Shown: piece by piece, positions 10,776 through 24,022 of the stretch
How the letters are laid out: each line of letters begins with the position of its first letter
Numbering within the stretch: position 1 is the first letter of the stretch
Origin: Octopus sinensis
Lineage: Eukaryota
Length of the DNA stretch: 64,000 bases
Reading direction: 5' to 3'
NCBI RefSeq assembly: GCF_006345805.1
Contig: NC_043003.1
Span: forward strand, 43,214,001 to 43,278,000
Translations under genes and position numbers: made by a program
The notes under the pieces: model-generated
Told to the model about the DNA's origin: nothing
The model's database searches: none
What the model saw: only the letters and a program-made list of their open reading frames with translations

Positions 10776-11990
10776 GGAAGAATTGAGGGAAAAGTCAGCT
10801 ATCTCCTGTTTTGAAGATTTAGTGTTTTATGACAATGGTAAGCAGCAAATAACATTTAAGTGCAAACTAAAAAAAAATATTTAAAAGCACTGCGACAATT
10901 GTGGCAATTGACAAATGTGCAATGATAGAGACGAAGAGGGAAAAAAAATCATAAAACGTACTGGTATAAACCTGAATAATTAGGAGGATATAAGACAATT
11001 AAACCTGAATTAAACTTATGAATGTCTTGGAATACAGTAGAAAAAAATCCTAAACATTAAAATTAAGAAAGCTCTCGGAAAAGAATATTTTCGAAGCACG
11101 AAGGGGATCTAAAACCTAAATTGAATACAGGAAACGTCATAAAAGCAATCATCTTTATTGTAGTATCCCTAATAATGTGTGGAGCAGGAATTATTGAATG
11201 GATTGAGATTGAATTGATGATCATTGACAAGAATATGAGGAGAAAGCTAACACTGCACAAAAGCATGCAATTTCAATCTGAAGTGGACTGATTATACGAA
11301 AAAGAAAAGCGAAAAAGCAATAAAAGGAAGAATGTTAATGAGCGCCTAAGCGGTAATACAATTAGAGAAAAAATATGGCGTGTTTTAAAATCAAGTAAAA
11401 AAGGAAGCATTATGGACGAAGTATGTAAAGTATTCTTTAGAAAGTATACGGAACCCAAAGATAGAAAATGAGGAAATGCAAACAGAGGAAATCAAAATTT
11501 GGTGAAAATAGCTTCCCTCGGGGGTTTTCTATAAAACAAAACTGATAAGGGATGAAATGCGTTATAAAGTGAAAAGCCCGCAGATAAATAATAAATGTTA
11601 GTGTAAATTGGAGGATGAAGACGATAGATCAGAGGTTCTCTGGTAAGGAATGTGCGATGATTTCGAAGAGTCTATAGCTTACATTGTATCAGAATGCCTT
11701 CAGTTAGTGGAGAATGAATACAAAAATGTAGGACTCATAACATTGCCGTATCAATACTCTGAAGGTTTTGCAAGAACAGTCAAAATTTTCGAGAGTAAAT
11801 CTTAAGAAAATTTATCTTAAAATGAGAGTAAGTACAGTATAGAACCTTAAGTCAGAATTATTCAGCAAGTCCTCAACACGGTGTAAAAGAAAGATCTGAA
11901 ATATAAGGGGTAAAAATTTACAAACGGTTTAAGATACTCTGCATTCTTGAGCATGCGTTGCCATTTAATTGTAATCATAATGTATCTGAG
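10776..11990 (+). mobile_element. R4/Dong-clade LINE relic, 3' part
   Basis: KVSYLLF..DLVFY (cf. HLLFMDDLKLY), IDKCAMIETKR, KEYFR, LNTGNVIKAI, GAGIIEW, IDKNMRRKLT, SEVD*LY and ESIAYIVSECLQLVENEYK (CCHC region), followed by (TAA)n. Confidence 0.82.
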
Positions 11991-12020
11991 TACTAAATTA
12001 AGTCAACAAACCAATAGGGC

Positions 12021-12099
12021 GTAATAATAATAATAATAATAATGACAACAACAACAACAACGACAACGACGACGACGATGATGATGATGATGATGATAC

Positions 12100-12162
<63 letters not shown>

Positions 12163-12210
12163 GAATAATAATAATAATAATAATAATAATAAGAAGAAGA
12201 AGAAGAAGAA
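12021..12210. repeat. Compound trinucleotide tract (TAA/CAA/GAC/GAT/TAA/GAA)
   Basis: Direct reading. Confidence 0.97.
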
Positions 12211-13376
12211 CGAAAGGGACGAAGAACGAAGAAAAAAATGGAAGGAAACGAAGAATAGCAAAAGCACCGTAGGACGTTTGATACGAGTATACACGGTGAC
12301 TTGTCTACTCTGTAAATATCCACTACTTGTTAAAGAGTAAAAAGAAAAATCAACGGGAATGTTGAATATAAACTGCGTAAGTAAAGCTTGTAAAATTTAT
12401 TGATATTTACTTCCTATAATTAAGAACACCGGGGTTTGTTTAACATGAGAGATGTACTTGTGTGTTCTGAAAAATATCCATTAGCATAGGTTAAATAACA
12501 ACAAATTAATTCGAAAAAAAAAATGAAAGAAATGTCGAGCGCACACTGTGTAAGTGATGCTTGTAAACTTTATTGATCTGTATTTCGTATAATTAATGTA
12601 ATTCAAATGTTTGTAATTGCTAGACAGAACATCACGTGTAAACAAACTAACGAAACATATTAACAACCCTACTCAGCCCCTCTAACAAAACTTAATAATC
12701 AATACAAATAAAGCAGTGTCATTCACTCTAACGTTAGTAAAAAAAAAACCGTAGAATGCAAAGTTTGAATTTGAAGCATAAAATAATCAAAAGCTATAGT
12801 GTTCAAGATTAAGCGTCATCTGTAACACATATAAGTAGATGACGTTGTATGTGAAGAGCCGCGTTATATTCCTTAAGTTTCGCAAAATATAACAATTCAA
12901 AACAGCGCGGGAAGAAATGGACGTTAAACATACTTTTCAATATCATAAGCGTATTTTACAATCATTATAAAAAAAGTTTGCTACGTGAGTAAAAGAAGAT
13001 TTTCGTATTAGGAGAGATGTGTGATATGAAACATAATCGTGGGTTTTAAAATGCTGACGTTCTTTGACATAAAAATATATGCTAGCGTGGCGACTTAATG
13101 TAATAGATATTAAATTAATATGAAGTTTAGTATTTTCATTGAAATATGCTCAGTTCTATGTGATTACAGTGATCGCTTTGAGTTAGTTTGCAGAAAGCGA
13201 AAATAATTAAATAGTAACATAATGTAACAGAGCATTAAATTATACAAGACTTGTGTATGGCATAAAGTTTCAGTCATAAATTGGGACAGTTTTGTAAGAC
13301 TTGATGTAGTGTAATATCATTTCAGAAGTATCTTTATGTGGGGAAAATAATTTAAAGCTTATGTTTATCACAAATA

Positions 13377-14245
13377 CGAGGTGGCATCAAAATGTTCCAA
13401 GACTAACTCTGTAGCACGCCGACAGTTGCTAGCACATGGTTGCGTGCGCAGTAAGAGTTAGCAGCGATTATCATGAGGCAGTGTGGCGAGGGACATCGCT
13501 GTGTTTACTTCGGATGTTGTAAAATTTGTGGTTTTATCATCACGTGTATGCTGTAGTCTGCGATTTTAGTCATGGATAGGAAGTTGGAGGAAAGAGACAA
13601 AGTAGAATTTCATATTTAACTTGGGAAGTGTGCAAGCTTATGGTGACGCAAAGGTTATGGTGAGGCAAAGGATCGTACGCAATATTTTGTGTTGTAAGGG
13701 CGCTTCAAAAGCAAAAGAAGGTCCCTGGAAGATGATGACCAATCTGGAATATCTTCCACGAGTGTCACCCACCGAAAATTTGAGAGAATTCATCAACTTG
13801 TGGGTGAGGGTCGTTGCAGGAAAATCAACGACATTTTGAAGTGTTTGAGGGAGGACATTTGGAAAAAGCGAACGGATCTATGGAAGGCGAAGAATTGGAT
13901 TCTTCATGAAGAAAATTCACCCTGTCGCCGAGCTCTCCTCACACGTGAATTTGTCACCAGAAACAAACATTTCCTCGCTCCGTGCCCGATCCGTTCGCAA
14001 GATATAGCACCAACGGGCTTCTATCTCTTTCCCAATATGAAAATGCAGCTCAAAGGTCACCATTTTAACACCACAAATTGCAGAAGGTCCTTGACTAGCT
14101 TACGGAAAACGACTTCCAGGCCGGATTCCAAAGGTGGCAGGAACGCTGGGACCGGTGTATTTCGAAGTAGAATATGTCAAAACTTAGGTAAATAAATTAT
14201 TTCCTATTAAAAATAACTAGTCCGGGAATTTTTGATACGAGCTCG
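13377..14245 (+). mobile_element. Internally deleted mariner (DD34D) element with TIRs and TA duplication
   Basis: TA|CGAGGTGGCATCAAAATGTTCCAAGACT...AGTCCGGGAATTTTTGATACGAGCTCG|TA. ORF 13800-14195 has WILHEENSP, SQDIAPTGFYLFP and MKMQLKG (cf. LHHDNAP, SPDLAP.DF.LFP). Confidence 0.9.
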
Positions 14246-14811
14246 TATAGAAGGAATGAGTTAAAAAATTTTGAGCCATGTCTAAATCCCCTAAATTTGT
14301 GCCTGAGTGAAGAAAGCAAGAAATCATCAGTGAACATACCTATAGGAGGAGAAACCAAGACATCAACTGAATTCACGGCAAAGACTATGAATAAATAGTG
14401 TTTCTGCTAATATTTAAGGAAATTAAGACACAAGTGATTGTTCGTTATGTGTGCCTCCTCCACTATTATCTCCAGTGCGTATCAATGTTGTATTCTGATT
14501 ATAATGTTAGTAGTGAGGTTATAAACTTTCCAAAATAACAAAGAACGGTGATAATTGATGTGAGAGAACAAAGAAATACAAGGAGTTCAGATTGAAAAGG
14601 GTAAACTTGAGACGAAATATAAAAAGATGCGCGGGCAAAAGAAGTAGGACTATATTAAGAAAGCAAACATACGGACAATATATATTTTGCGATATATTAC
14701 GCAGATGACTTAGTGAAAAAAAAGCAATTATAATTGAAATGCATACACAGGCAAAATAGTATATAATGCATATATATTTTTTGCTGTCGAGAAGCATTCA
14801 TGGTATATATA

Positions 14812-15197
14812 TCTTTATATATAAAAGTGAGGTTGTGTGCTGTCCGTCTCCTACGATTTAGATTCCTAACTACTCCCACATTTTGCGGTGCAGTTTAACC
14901 AAAACCGGGTATCTTATAGTCGTGATTCATATCGAGCCCTTCTGGGTAGTAGCGCGTGTCTACGATGAGTCTACGACTTAAAAAAAAAATTACCATCAAT
15001 TTTTCCCATTTTAATGCATTTTTGGAATATATAAGGGAAGTAACTCTCTAAAAATTTATTAAATCTCAGAACGTAAAAAGCTACAGTAACAACCCCCTTT
15101 GTGGTTAGCCATGATGGCTATTATACTTTACATCTCTAAAAATGCTTATATAGTTATTTCCCTTACAAACCCGAGCAACGCCGGGCGATACTGCTAG
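14812..15197 (+). mobile_element. Non-autonomous Helitron (386 bp)
   Basis: A|TC 5' end, CTAG|T 3' end, subterminal hairpin CCCGAGCAACGCCGGG, no target duplication. Confidence 0.85.
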
Positions 15198-15329
15198 TAT
15201 CAAATATAGAAAGATGAGTACTGCACAAAGTAACTGTTAAATAAAGTTTAATAATTATAGAATGATATATGAATAATTGGAAATATGAGGCAAACCTAAG
15301 AGCAGGTAGGCTGATTGATGATGAAACCA

Positions 15330-16100
15330 TAGAAGGAAAAGTTTGCCAAAAATATATAAATAAAATAAAGAAAATGAAGTAAAATAACAAGAGTGTAACA
15401 AGAAAAAAAGCGTTCATGGATAAATAACCATGTTGGCAGACAAAACAGATATCGTTAAAAAAGAACCTTTGTTTTGCTGGGAAATGGGAAAATAGACAAA
15501 TATGAAGAAAAACGTCTGGCTATATAAGAACAAGCGTTTAGAACAAATTCCTTAGAAACAAGTTTTGACAAACGCCAGCAAGACCGTAAGTAATGGATGT
15601 GTGTCATATTAAGTTGAAATGTGAACGATTTACTTTGTGTATCAAGTGAGATTACAGAACAATAATACAAAAGATGACATGACGTGATGGGTGAGATATA
15701 AAGCGGGAGGTTAGATGAAAATTTAGATTCCAAGTAGATAAAAATGTTCCTATCATAAGACTCAAGCGCTAATTGAAAATGACTATTATGATATCCTATG
15801 GGATTATTTCTCTGCTGAAACTAACCATTCTCTTGAATGACAGAGACGATATAACGTCGTAAAAGAGAATAAAGCACAAAATACAAAAGATAATTACTTT
15901 GGTACACCACTTGATAGTGAAGTCGAAGTAAATGAAACAGAAACCTTTCCGAACATGAGTGGAAAACTGAGAAGATTTTGGAGTTAAAACTATTTGTGTC
16001 GTTGGAGTGCAGAGTAAAGGAAGGTATATCTGCTAATACAAATGAAAATCATTGAAACTAAGACACAGTTAGATGAGTTGTCATCCTCAATTATATAGAA
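15330..16100 (+). mobile_element. R4/Dong-clade LINE relic, C-terminal (CCHC and RLE endonuclease region)
   Basis: LAI*EQAFRTN, YKR*HD, ENDYYDILWDY, P.D..VE..ETE and LRRFW match R4-clade C-terminal motifs. A TAA-rich tract follows at ~16255. Confidence 0.7.
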
Positions 16101-16279
16101 ATACTTAAGAAAACCCTTGACAATTGAACGGAATTATTGTCACTAACTCTTAAAGATATGAATCATTCGGTATTGTCACCGTTCGCAATCTACAAAACAA
16201 CTGCGTTAGCAGTAAAAGTTGCAGCACAAGAACAACAGTAAGCATAGCGACTACTATAATGATAATAATAATAATGATA

Positions 16280-16680
16280 ATTTTAATTTCAATTTGGGCA
16301 TAAAGCCTGAAAGTTGGTGTGGGGGGGGGGGTTGTACATTGTATTTCCCGTAGTGCTTCATTGATACTTTATTTTATCGACCGCAAAAATATGAAATATG
16401 AAATTAATCTCGGCGGGATTAGAGTTGATAATATAAAGCTTTGGAAGAAAATTGATAATAATAATTATTATTATTATTCCTCATTTTGGTACAAGCACAG
16501 CACCTTAGAGGTGAGAGTTCACATCGATTACGTATAACCTAGTATTTGAATGCTAGTTTAAATTACGAACCTGAAGGAATGGAATGCATTTGAACTTAGA
16601 GCGTAGAAATCTGGAAGCGAAACATTTTGCCTTACCCGCTGAGGATTCTGGAAGTGATAATAATTTTCTTTGTGGACATC
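16280..16680 (-). mobile_element. Two heavily decayed SINE copies of the family at 21320 and 62162
   Basis: Remnants TTTTATCGACC, CTCGGCGGGATT, ATCGATTAC and ATTTGAACTTAGAGCGTA. Confidence 0.45.
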
Positions 16681-16849
16681 TTATAGAAAAGAAAACAAAA
16701 CTGGTTAGAGGGCAGATGAACTCGGGAAAGAAAGCCGCTATCCGAATAGTACTAATTAGTATTGCACCGGTTCATGATTTAAGCAATAATAATAACGTAT
16801 ACATTTGACCAAACGGGATCTTATAAAGATACATACAATAACTGAAAAG

Positions 16850-17900
16850 AAAACGGTGAAGCAAAGGCAGAGAAATGAGCTCCAAAGAAAGTACAACATT
16901 ACATAGAGAGAATTACTAATAGATAAGGTAATGATGAGGAAAGATTTCAGGTACTATTAAGAAAATAAAAAATAAAACAAAACTACTTATCAACAATGAA
17001 TGAACCAATACCGACAGAAAAAGCTCTGCTCAGAAGAATTGAAAATAAATTTTACCAACAATAAAATGAAGATCGGTGGAATGATGTGCTACGTACTGAA
17101 GTATTAATGAGCTTTTAGTCAGATATTTGGAGCATAGAGGCTCAAACATAACATGGACTTGTTATAGAAATTTCAAAGTGAGATGGAAAATAGATCGAAA
17201 CAAGAAAGTAGAAATATTACAGATGAGAAATTGGAAGAGATATTCCCGAACATACCGAACTGGAAATCCCCAGAACAGATGGTGTTCGCAAATTCTAGAT
17301 TTAAATCGTTTCAAGCATAAAGCTGTACCTTACTGACTGTATGGACAAAGGTACACCAAAATAGATGGCAAAGTAAATAACAGTGCTGTTGCAGAAAGAC
17401 AGAGAAAAACTAGAGGTCAGAACTTACAGATCTGTTTTTTGTTTACAATTCTCCAGTAATTAAGTTACTGGACTCATAGATGAAATGTACTGCTTTCCGG
17501 AGATAGGGAACCTATTACCAAGAAGATCAGAATGGGTACAGAAAGAAAGCAATGGAAACTGCTGATTACATGGACTCCATGGCATGACAAATGAAAGGCA
17601 AAGTTGGTCTCAGTGGCATCTGACCTCATAAAGGAAAGAGGAAGAAATTGCCATTAAGCCCCTTAGACACTCAAGCTAAGCTCAGCTTATACACCCATTG
17701 AATATTGAACTGTTAGATGGAGGAATATAGGGTATTACCTCAAAATAAAGGACTGTAATTCATTGAATTTGAGGGTGTAGACACGAAAATTGTCAGCCTT
17801 GAACGCCACTATCATAAAGAGGAATGGGATTCGATATAAGCACCCCATATATATTGAGGCGACTTTAATATGAACAGAAAAGCATACAAAGTAACGATTA
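16850..17900 (+). mobile_element. Very decayed RTE-like LINE relic
   Basis: Traces such as QEDQNGYRK (cf. NQNGFR). No continuous frame. Confidence 0.25.
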
Positions 17901-18999
17901 TTGAAGTAGGAAAATACACAGAATTAAGCAATGAGAAATTGATCTGTTTTACATGGATGCATGTGTAAGAAAAGGATGTAAGAAAATAATATATTACTAA
18001 CTATAATTAAACGAAAATGAAAATATTTTGATCGAGGATAAAATGAAATATGAAAATGAAATTCGGAAAAAATAAGAACAACTTCACCTTCAATTCATCA
18101 TATAAAAAATTGATTGTGTGTAAGAATACCAGAATAAAGATGTAATCTAAGCTGTAACAGTAAAAAATATATTGCTAACTACGAAAGATGCTATATCAAT
18201 AAAATAATGAAATGAGAGGCTAAACTTAAATGAATACTGGTCTATTAGTATCATTGCCTGCATCGATTAATCCCACCCAGTCAATGTATACCGAGTCAAC
18301 ATTGAGTTAGCTAGGTGTATTGACGAAATTACTGATATTTCAGTATGACAATTGAGAAATGTTACGAAATATCGACACAATACACGAAAGTGATATGATT
18401 ACACTTATCTGGTACATGTCTATACAGACTAACTAACGGGCAATCTGACTTGATAAAATAATAAAATATGGGAAAGCAATTCAGATATGCATCACGAACC
18501 TTTCTAATTAGAAACACAAACGAAGAACAAATATCTAATTGCCATAATATAAAAAAATGATCGTACTCTAGGCAGAATTAATAATACCATATATGAAAAG
18601 GAAGGAAAACGTCCCATAATTTACCCAATGGACTCAGACTATAAATCGTCCACACAGACCCGCAATTACAGAATTGATATTATACATAACTGCTACACAA
18701 CATTATATAAACTACATAGCATAAAGGGCTATATTACAAACGACACAAATATCACAGAACATCATAACAGATAAATCAATTGACAGGAAATATGTAAAAC
18801 AACCATTCTCAAAGGAATTAAAACAAAAGTATCTATAGATTCATTTAGCCTATACATGGATGGGTTAAAGTACAACAAAAAACAAACAAACAAGAAACCA
18901 AAATCCACTCAACAAAGCAGAACAATTATACATCCATCCATCAAATCCACCTATCCATCGATTTTCTTCGCCCATAATTTTAAGTAAAGTTTCCAGGTA

Positions 19000-20260
19000 C
19001 ATTTTCAGTTGCACCCTTTCAGATTCCCAAGCGTTACCAAGTGAGTGTATTGATATTATCCAATCTTTTACCTAAGCGTTATTCTCCAACCGGTTTATAA
19101 TATTATTAATACCGATAACGTTAAAGTGATAAAGCAATTTAATACTATATTTGTTACATTTCTATAGGTAGTAACTAGGCTTTCGTATGTTCAGTGTTTA
19201 GTCTCTATTGAAACTGAGTTGAAACTGTTTTATGTATAATATATACAATTCAAAATTTTTATATTTTCTGTATATGTGGGTAGGTTCGTTTAAGTTATAC
19301 ATGTTTTGTATTACTTTTTATTATACCTAGTGTATAATGTCTTTTGGAGATTGATTCCGTTTTAAATCCACAAACCGGCTTGCTATCTTGATTTCCAGGC
19401 CTTTCTATTTTGGAAGGTCTCTACATTACTTTTACCCAGGTACAATCGTGTCTTAGAAAATGTTGCATTGATTAAGAAGCGTAATATTCTTTTGAAGTTT
19501 AAGATAGTAATATCTGAAGAAGTTAGCTGCAATCTAGACATTCTGGTCTATATTTCCAACAGACTTTCCATTTAGCTTACACATATATTATTGTCAGTTG
19601 TAACTAATGCATCAATTGAGAGATATTTCTCTTTATTGTGATAATTCATCTTCTTCTCAGTGATTTCAAGAAAGATTTGCTGTTATATTCTAGGTTTTGT
19701 AAATCTTCATATCACAGAATGTAGTGTTTAACATTTAGTGAAATGATTTCTTGCGTGTACTTGTAAAATCTCTTTACAAGGCCTAATTCTAGAGTGCTAA
19801 CATAGACGTATAAAAAAAAAAACAACACCTGCTATATACTACGTTTTGTCCGACTTTACACGGCTAGAAACCATATAACTAATTACCCCTTCACAAACGC
19901 AATGATTTGAGGACAGGAACATTATTTTATTTTCTGTTACAGTTTAAAATCATATAGGCTCAAATTTACGTCCCAAAAACAACGATTAATTTCATTATCC
20001 TTTATAATCATTCACTTTGTTAAGTCTTCTTCGACACCGGTTACGATGAATTTTGTTCTACCAACGCCATACGAACAATTTAGATTTTGAGTATTTAATA
20101 TTTTGTTTTTTCTATCTCTTTGTCTCAACTGTATCTTAATATAAACATTATCTTTCAAGGGTAGACAATGACTTTTTCCTTTCAACTTTTATCCGTGATC
20201 ACATTAATTTCCTAATGTCCACTACTAGGTGTCTTTTGAGTTCTCAAGCTGATGTTTTAC
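19000..20260 (-). mobile_element. Very decayed CR1-like RT relic
   Basis: Colinear traces resembling KTPG.D, PL.IMF, YGF..GKS and DLG..ID on the minus strand. By eye only. Confidence 0.25.
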
Positions 20261-21114
20261 AATAGCCTGCTATTATAAATTCGTGTACGTATTCTTTCTT
20301 TGAGTTATATTTAATTTCATAGTATCCCTCTCCTCTCTCACTCTCTCTCTCTCTCTCTCTCTCTAAATACACACACATACACGCGCAAACACCTGCACAG
20401 GTACACACGCAAACAAACAGGTACACATACACACAAACACACACATGTATATATCATATATAAAGTCTTGTACATACTGACAAATTGAAACGAAGCCTCC
20501 TCTCTTTGTGGTTTAAGGTCATTTAATATCGGCCTTTGTGTGACGTATTTTCTAAATCTCGATTTCATTTTCATTTTCCCTGTCTAGTCGTGCTAATTCA
20601 CTTAGTTTTCAGTGGAGAATATTATTAACTATAACTTCCTCCTAGAGCAGTTAAAGTAATAGTTATATATTGATATATATGGCTATTTTTCTGCACTTAG
20701 TTTAGATTTAAATATTAATGTAATGCGTTTATAATATTCCTCCCTAATTGTTTCTGTCATCTTTCAGTTCCAGAATATGTGTGGTTTATTAAATCTAAAT
20801 AGTTCAAAGTCTGCGTTTGAACAAATTCTCTTAAATCTGTTTCTTGTTTTAACATGATTTTAATGGTTGTTATTCAATTTTGTTTTCTCTTGTATGGCAT
20901 CGTGGTACATTGTTACTGTTCTGAATCTGCGAGATGGTTCTTTCAAGGTTTCCAACTGTGTGGTGTGTCTCTGTTGCATTATATTTTCTGTATAGAGTAG
21001 AAATGGAGAGTATTTTAATCTTTTAATCTTTGAATGGTTTCACTTCCACGAATCTTCCCGTTGTCACGACAGCGAAATTATTTTACAACTGCATATTCAC
21101 CAGATGCTATTTTG

Positions 21115-21217
21115 ATAACAATGATAATGATGATCATTAGGATGATAATGATGATGATAATGATGATGATGATGATGATGTTGATGATAATGATGATGAT
21201 GATGATGATGATGGTGG

Positions 21218-21261
<44 letters not shown>

Positions 21262-21305
21262 GCGACGAGGATGATGATGATGATGATAGCAACAGCAACA
21301 ACAAA
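21115..21305. repeat. (GAT)n-dominated trinucleotide tract
   Basis: Direct reading. Confidence 0.97.
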
Positions 21306-21319
21306 ACACCAATAATCCT

Positions 21320-21536
21320 AAGAATATTTCAAATTTTTGCAACAAGCCCAGCTTGGGGGAGGTGGGGATGAATCGATTTCATCGATCTCCAGTGTTCATC
21401 TGGTACTATTTCATCGACTTCAAAAGGATGAAAGGCAAAGTCGACCTCGGTGGTATTTGACCTGAAAACGTATCGACGGGCGAAATACCGCGAAGCATCT
21501 CGTCCGGCGTGGTAACGGTTGTCAGCTCGCCGCCTT
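21320..21536 (-). mobile_element. tRNA-headed SINE, monomer
   Basis: Minus strand starts AAGGCGGCGAGCTG, with a B-box-like GTCAAATACC and a central GGTCGACTTTGCCTTTCATCCTTTT domain shared with the 55787 and 62162 copies. Confidence 0.85.
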
Positions 21537-21574
21537 AAAAATTTTAAATAACAGCAAAAATAAACCCACTATTA

Positions 21575-21598
21575 ATAATAATAATAAATTTAGTTATA

Positions 21599-21659
<61 letters not shown>

Positions 21660-21693
21660 CGACGACGACGATGATGAAGACGACGATGATGAC

Positions 21694-21756
<63 letters not shown>

Positions 21757-21768
21757 GGTGGTAGTGAT
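21575..21768. repeat. (TAA)/(GAT)/(GAC)/(GGT) compound tract
   Basis: Direct reading. Confidence 0.97.
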
Positions 21769-21789
21769 GTTACCTTTCATTTTCAGAAG

Positions 21790-23070
21790 GAAAAAAAGCT
21801 GGGTATGTGATCAAAGAATGGAAAGATAATTTCCGTCTAGGGACGACTTGAAACAGACGAACATCAACAGCTGGTTTCATTGATTCATATATATATTGCA
21901 TTGTTTTTCTGTGGATATTTGATGGAATCGGGACGAAAAAAGTGTGAAGACTTGATTCTGAAAAGAAGTAGGATCAAATGAGTTAGTGGTGCGACATTGC
22001 CTAAGAAAGAGTTGGTGAAGAGAATTAACAATTCTGGGAACATTTGAATTAGACAACTTGATGGAAAGCCAAAGGAAGAAGATACTCTCAAGAGTATTAC
22101 TGAATAATGAGATTAATTTGAAAACTAACCTGAATAAGTACTGAGCAACAAATACATGGGTCACTTTATCTATGGATCTAGCGGGACTGCAAGCTTTGAA
22201 AAAAAAAAAGAAAAGAAAGGGATTGCCGATTATCCACGGTGCATTTCACGCTATACATGATTTTGACCAGCTCCTCTGGACAAGAAAGAAAAGAAGATGG
22301 GGGACTGATAAGTTATAAAAATTGCATTTATGCAGAAGGAAACAATATTGCTTCGTATAAAAAAATGCAAGCACAATACTATTTGTACAATTAAGGGAAG
22401 AATGTTTATTACATACAAAAAAAAAAACAGGATAAGATGAGCTACAAAATAAAGACAGAAAACAAAGAGAGTAAGTAAATGGAGCGATTGGCGGTCAGTT
22501 CTTGAGTGATATGGGAAGGAACATAGATCCTAAGGCAAAATCGGAGTAGTTACAAAACTTACCCAAAAAAGACTGGCCTTAAATCTGACGAATGAAGAAT
22601 GTGTTGTGAAACCTGAGACACAGTTTGGCATATTTTAACTGAATGCACCGAAATGGATGATAGATATTTCAAAGAAAGTCATGAAAACGATGCCGCGAGA
22701 ATTGTTCATTGGGAACTATTTAGCATGTCTGGACTTGAAAAATCTAGAAAATGTTGCGAAGAGAAGTCAATGTGCGTGGTAAAAGCGAAAATTCTCTTGA
22801 GCGGGTTCATGATGCAGTGTAATCACAAAATCGATTCTCAGTAGCCTGGTATTGTGTTGGGAGGCAGTGGAGCAGAATCGTGATAAATGCAATGAAAACT
22901 GCATATTATTGCAACAACTATTCTTGGTACCCTAAGTTCAGTGTGGAAAGAAGTTAAAAAGTGTTAGAAAAGATGAATGTGAAATGAAAATATAGCACAC
23001 CCGTAAAAAGGTATTACTTCTCAGTTCAAAGAGTGTCTGCAAAACTCATTAATTGAAAAGACTACACCTC
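21790..23070 (+). mobile_element. R4/Dong-clade LINE relic (RT C-terminus, CCHC, RLE)
   Basis: DI*MESGRKKCEDLILKR, *RMCCET..TVWHILTEC, ENDAARIVHWEL, QCNHKIDSQ*PGIV (cf. IQCDH.I..RRPDIV) and TILGTLSSV. Confidence 0.75.
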
Positions 23071-23633
23071 CTTGGATCACGAAAAAGGAACATCTGATAT
23101 ATTACTGATACTGATAGTAATAAAATGGCTATGTCAGATATGATAATAATAAGAGGATGACATAGAATAATCCTTGTTATGCCTGTTTTTCCTTCTGACA
23201 CTTCACTTACGGCTAATATTTATAGATCACAGTTGTAGAAAATACTGGATTAATATATTCCTACCCACTTCATACCATGTGAAACACATTCTTGCTTTAG
23301 AGATAACGAGTGGAAAACAGTAACCTCCAAATATTCTTTCAAATCTACACTCTTAAAAAATGTACATAATTCTAGGTTGTACTGCACATAAATGAAAGAC
23401 GAGACGATGCGGCTAGAATACTTTTGGTCATAGGTTAACTGCAACATGATTGAACCTGGAGCTCAACAACATTATATTTTTGGGTGCAGTCAACATTTTT
23501 GCTAAAATTTTATCATTAAATAAATTCGTATGCCTCTCATTTTCTACTTTTGGAATTTACTTAGTGCATTGTCGGTAAGTGCCTTCTGTCAATTTATGCC
23601 TCTTTTTACTCTTCCAGTCTATAGTTGCCATTA

Positions 23634-24022
23634 TCTCTCTATATATAAACGGCAGTTTGTCTGTGCGTGTTTCTGTGTGTCTGTTTGCTTGTACCCTCAC
23701 CCTGACCCTGACCACGGCTTTCAACCGATTCTGATGAAACTTGACACACACATAGCCCAATGTCATAATTCAAAACTAATTCAGCGAAAATTTTGAAAAG
23801 TTCCCCAGTTCTGAAAAAAATCGATAAATTCGACATGGGGTCGAGAATCAGAAACACAAACCGCAAACTGTCTAGGGGACGCAACTCCACCATTTTTTAC
23901 TCTCAAAAAACATTTACCATCATTTTTTTCCATTTTTGTGCTATTTTTTGGCTATAACTCTCTAAAAATGCTTTATAGTTATTTCCCTTACAAACCTGAG
24001 CAACGCCGGGCGATACTGCTAG
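23634..24022 (+). mobile_element. Non-autonomous Helitron (389 bp)
   Basis: A|TC start, CTAG|T end. The 3' ~70 bp are nearly identical to those of 14812-15197. Confidence 0.85.
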
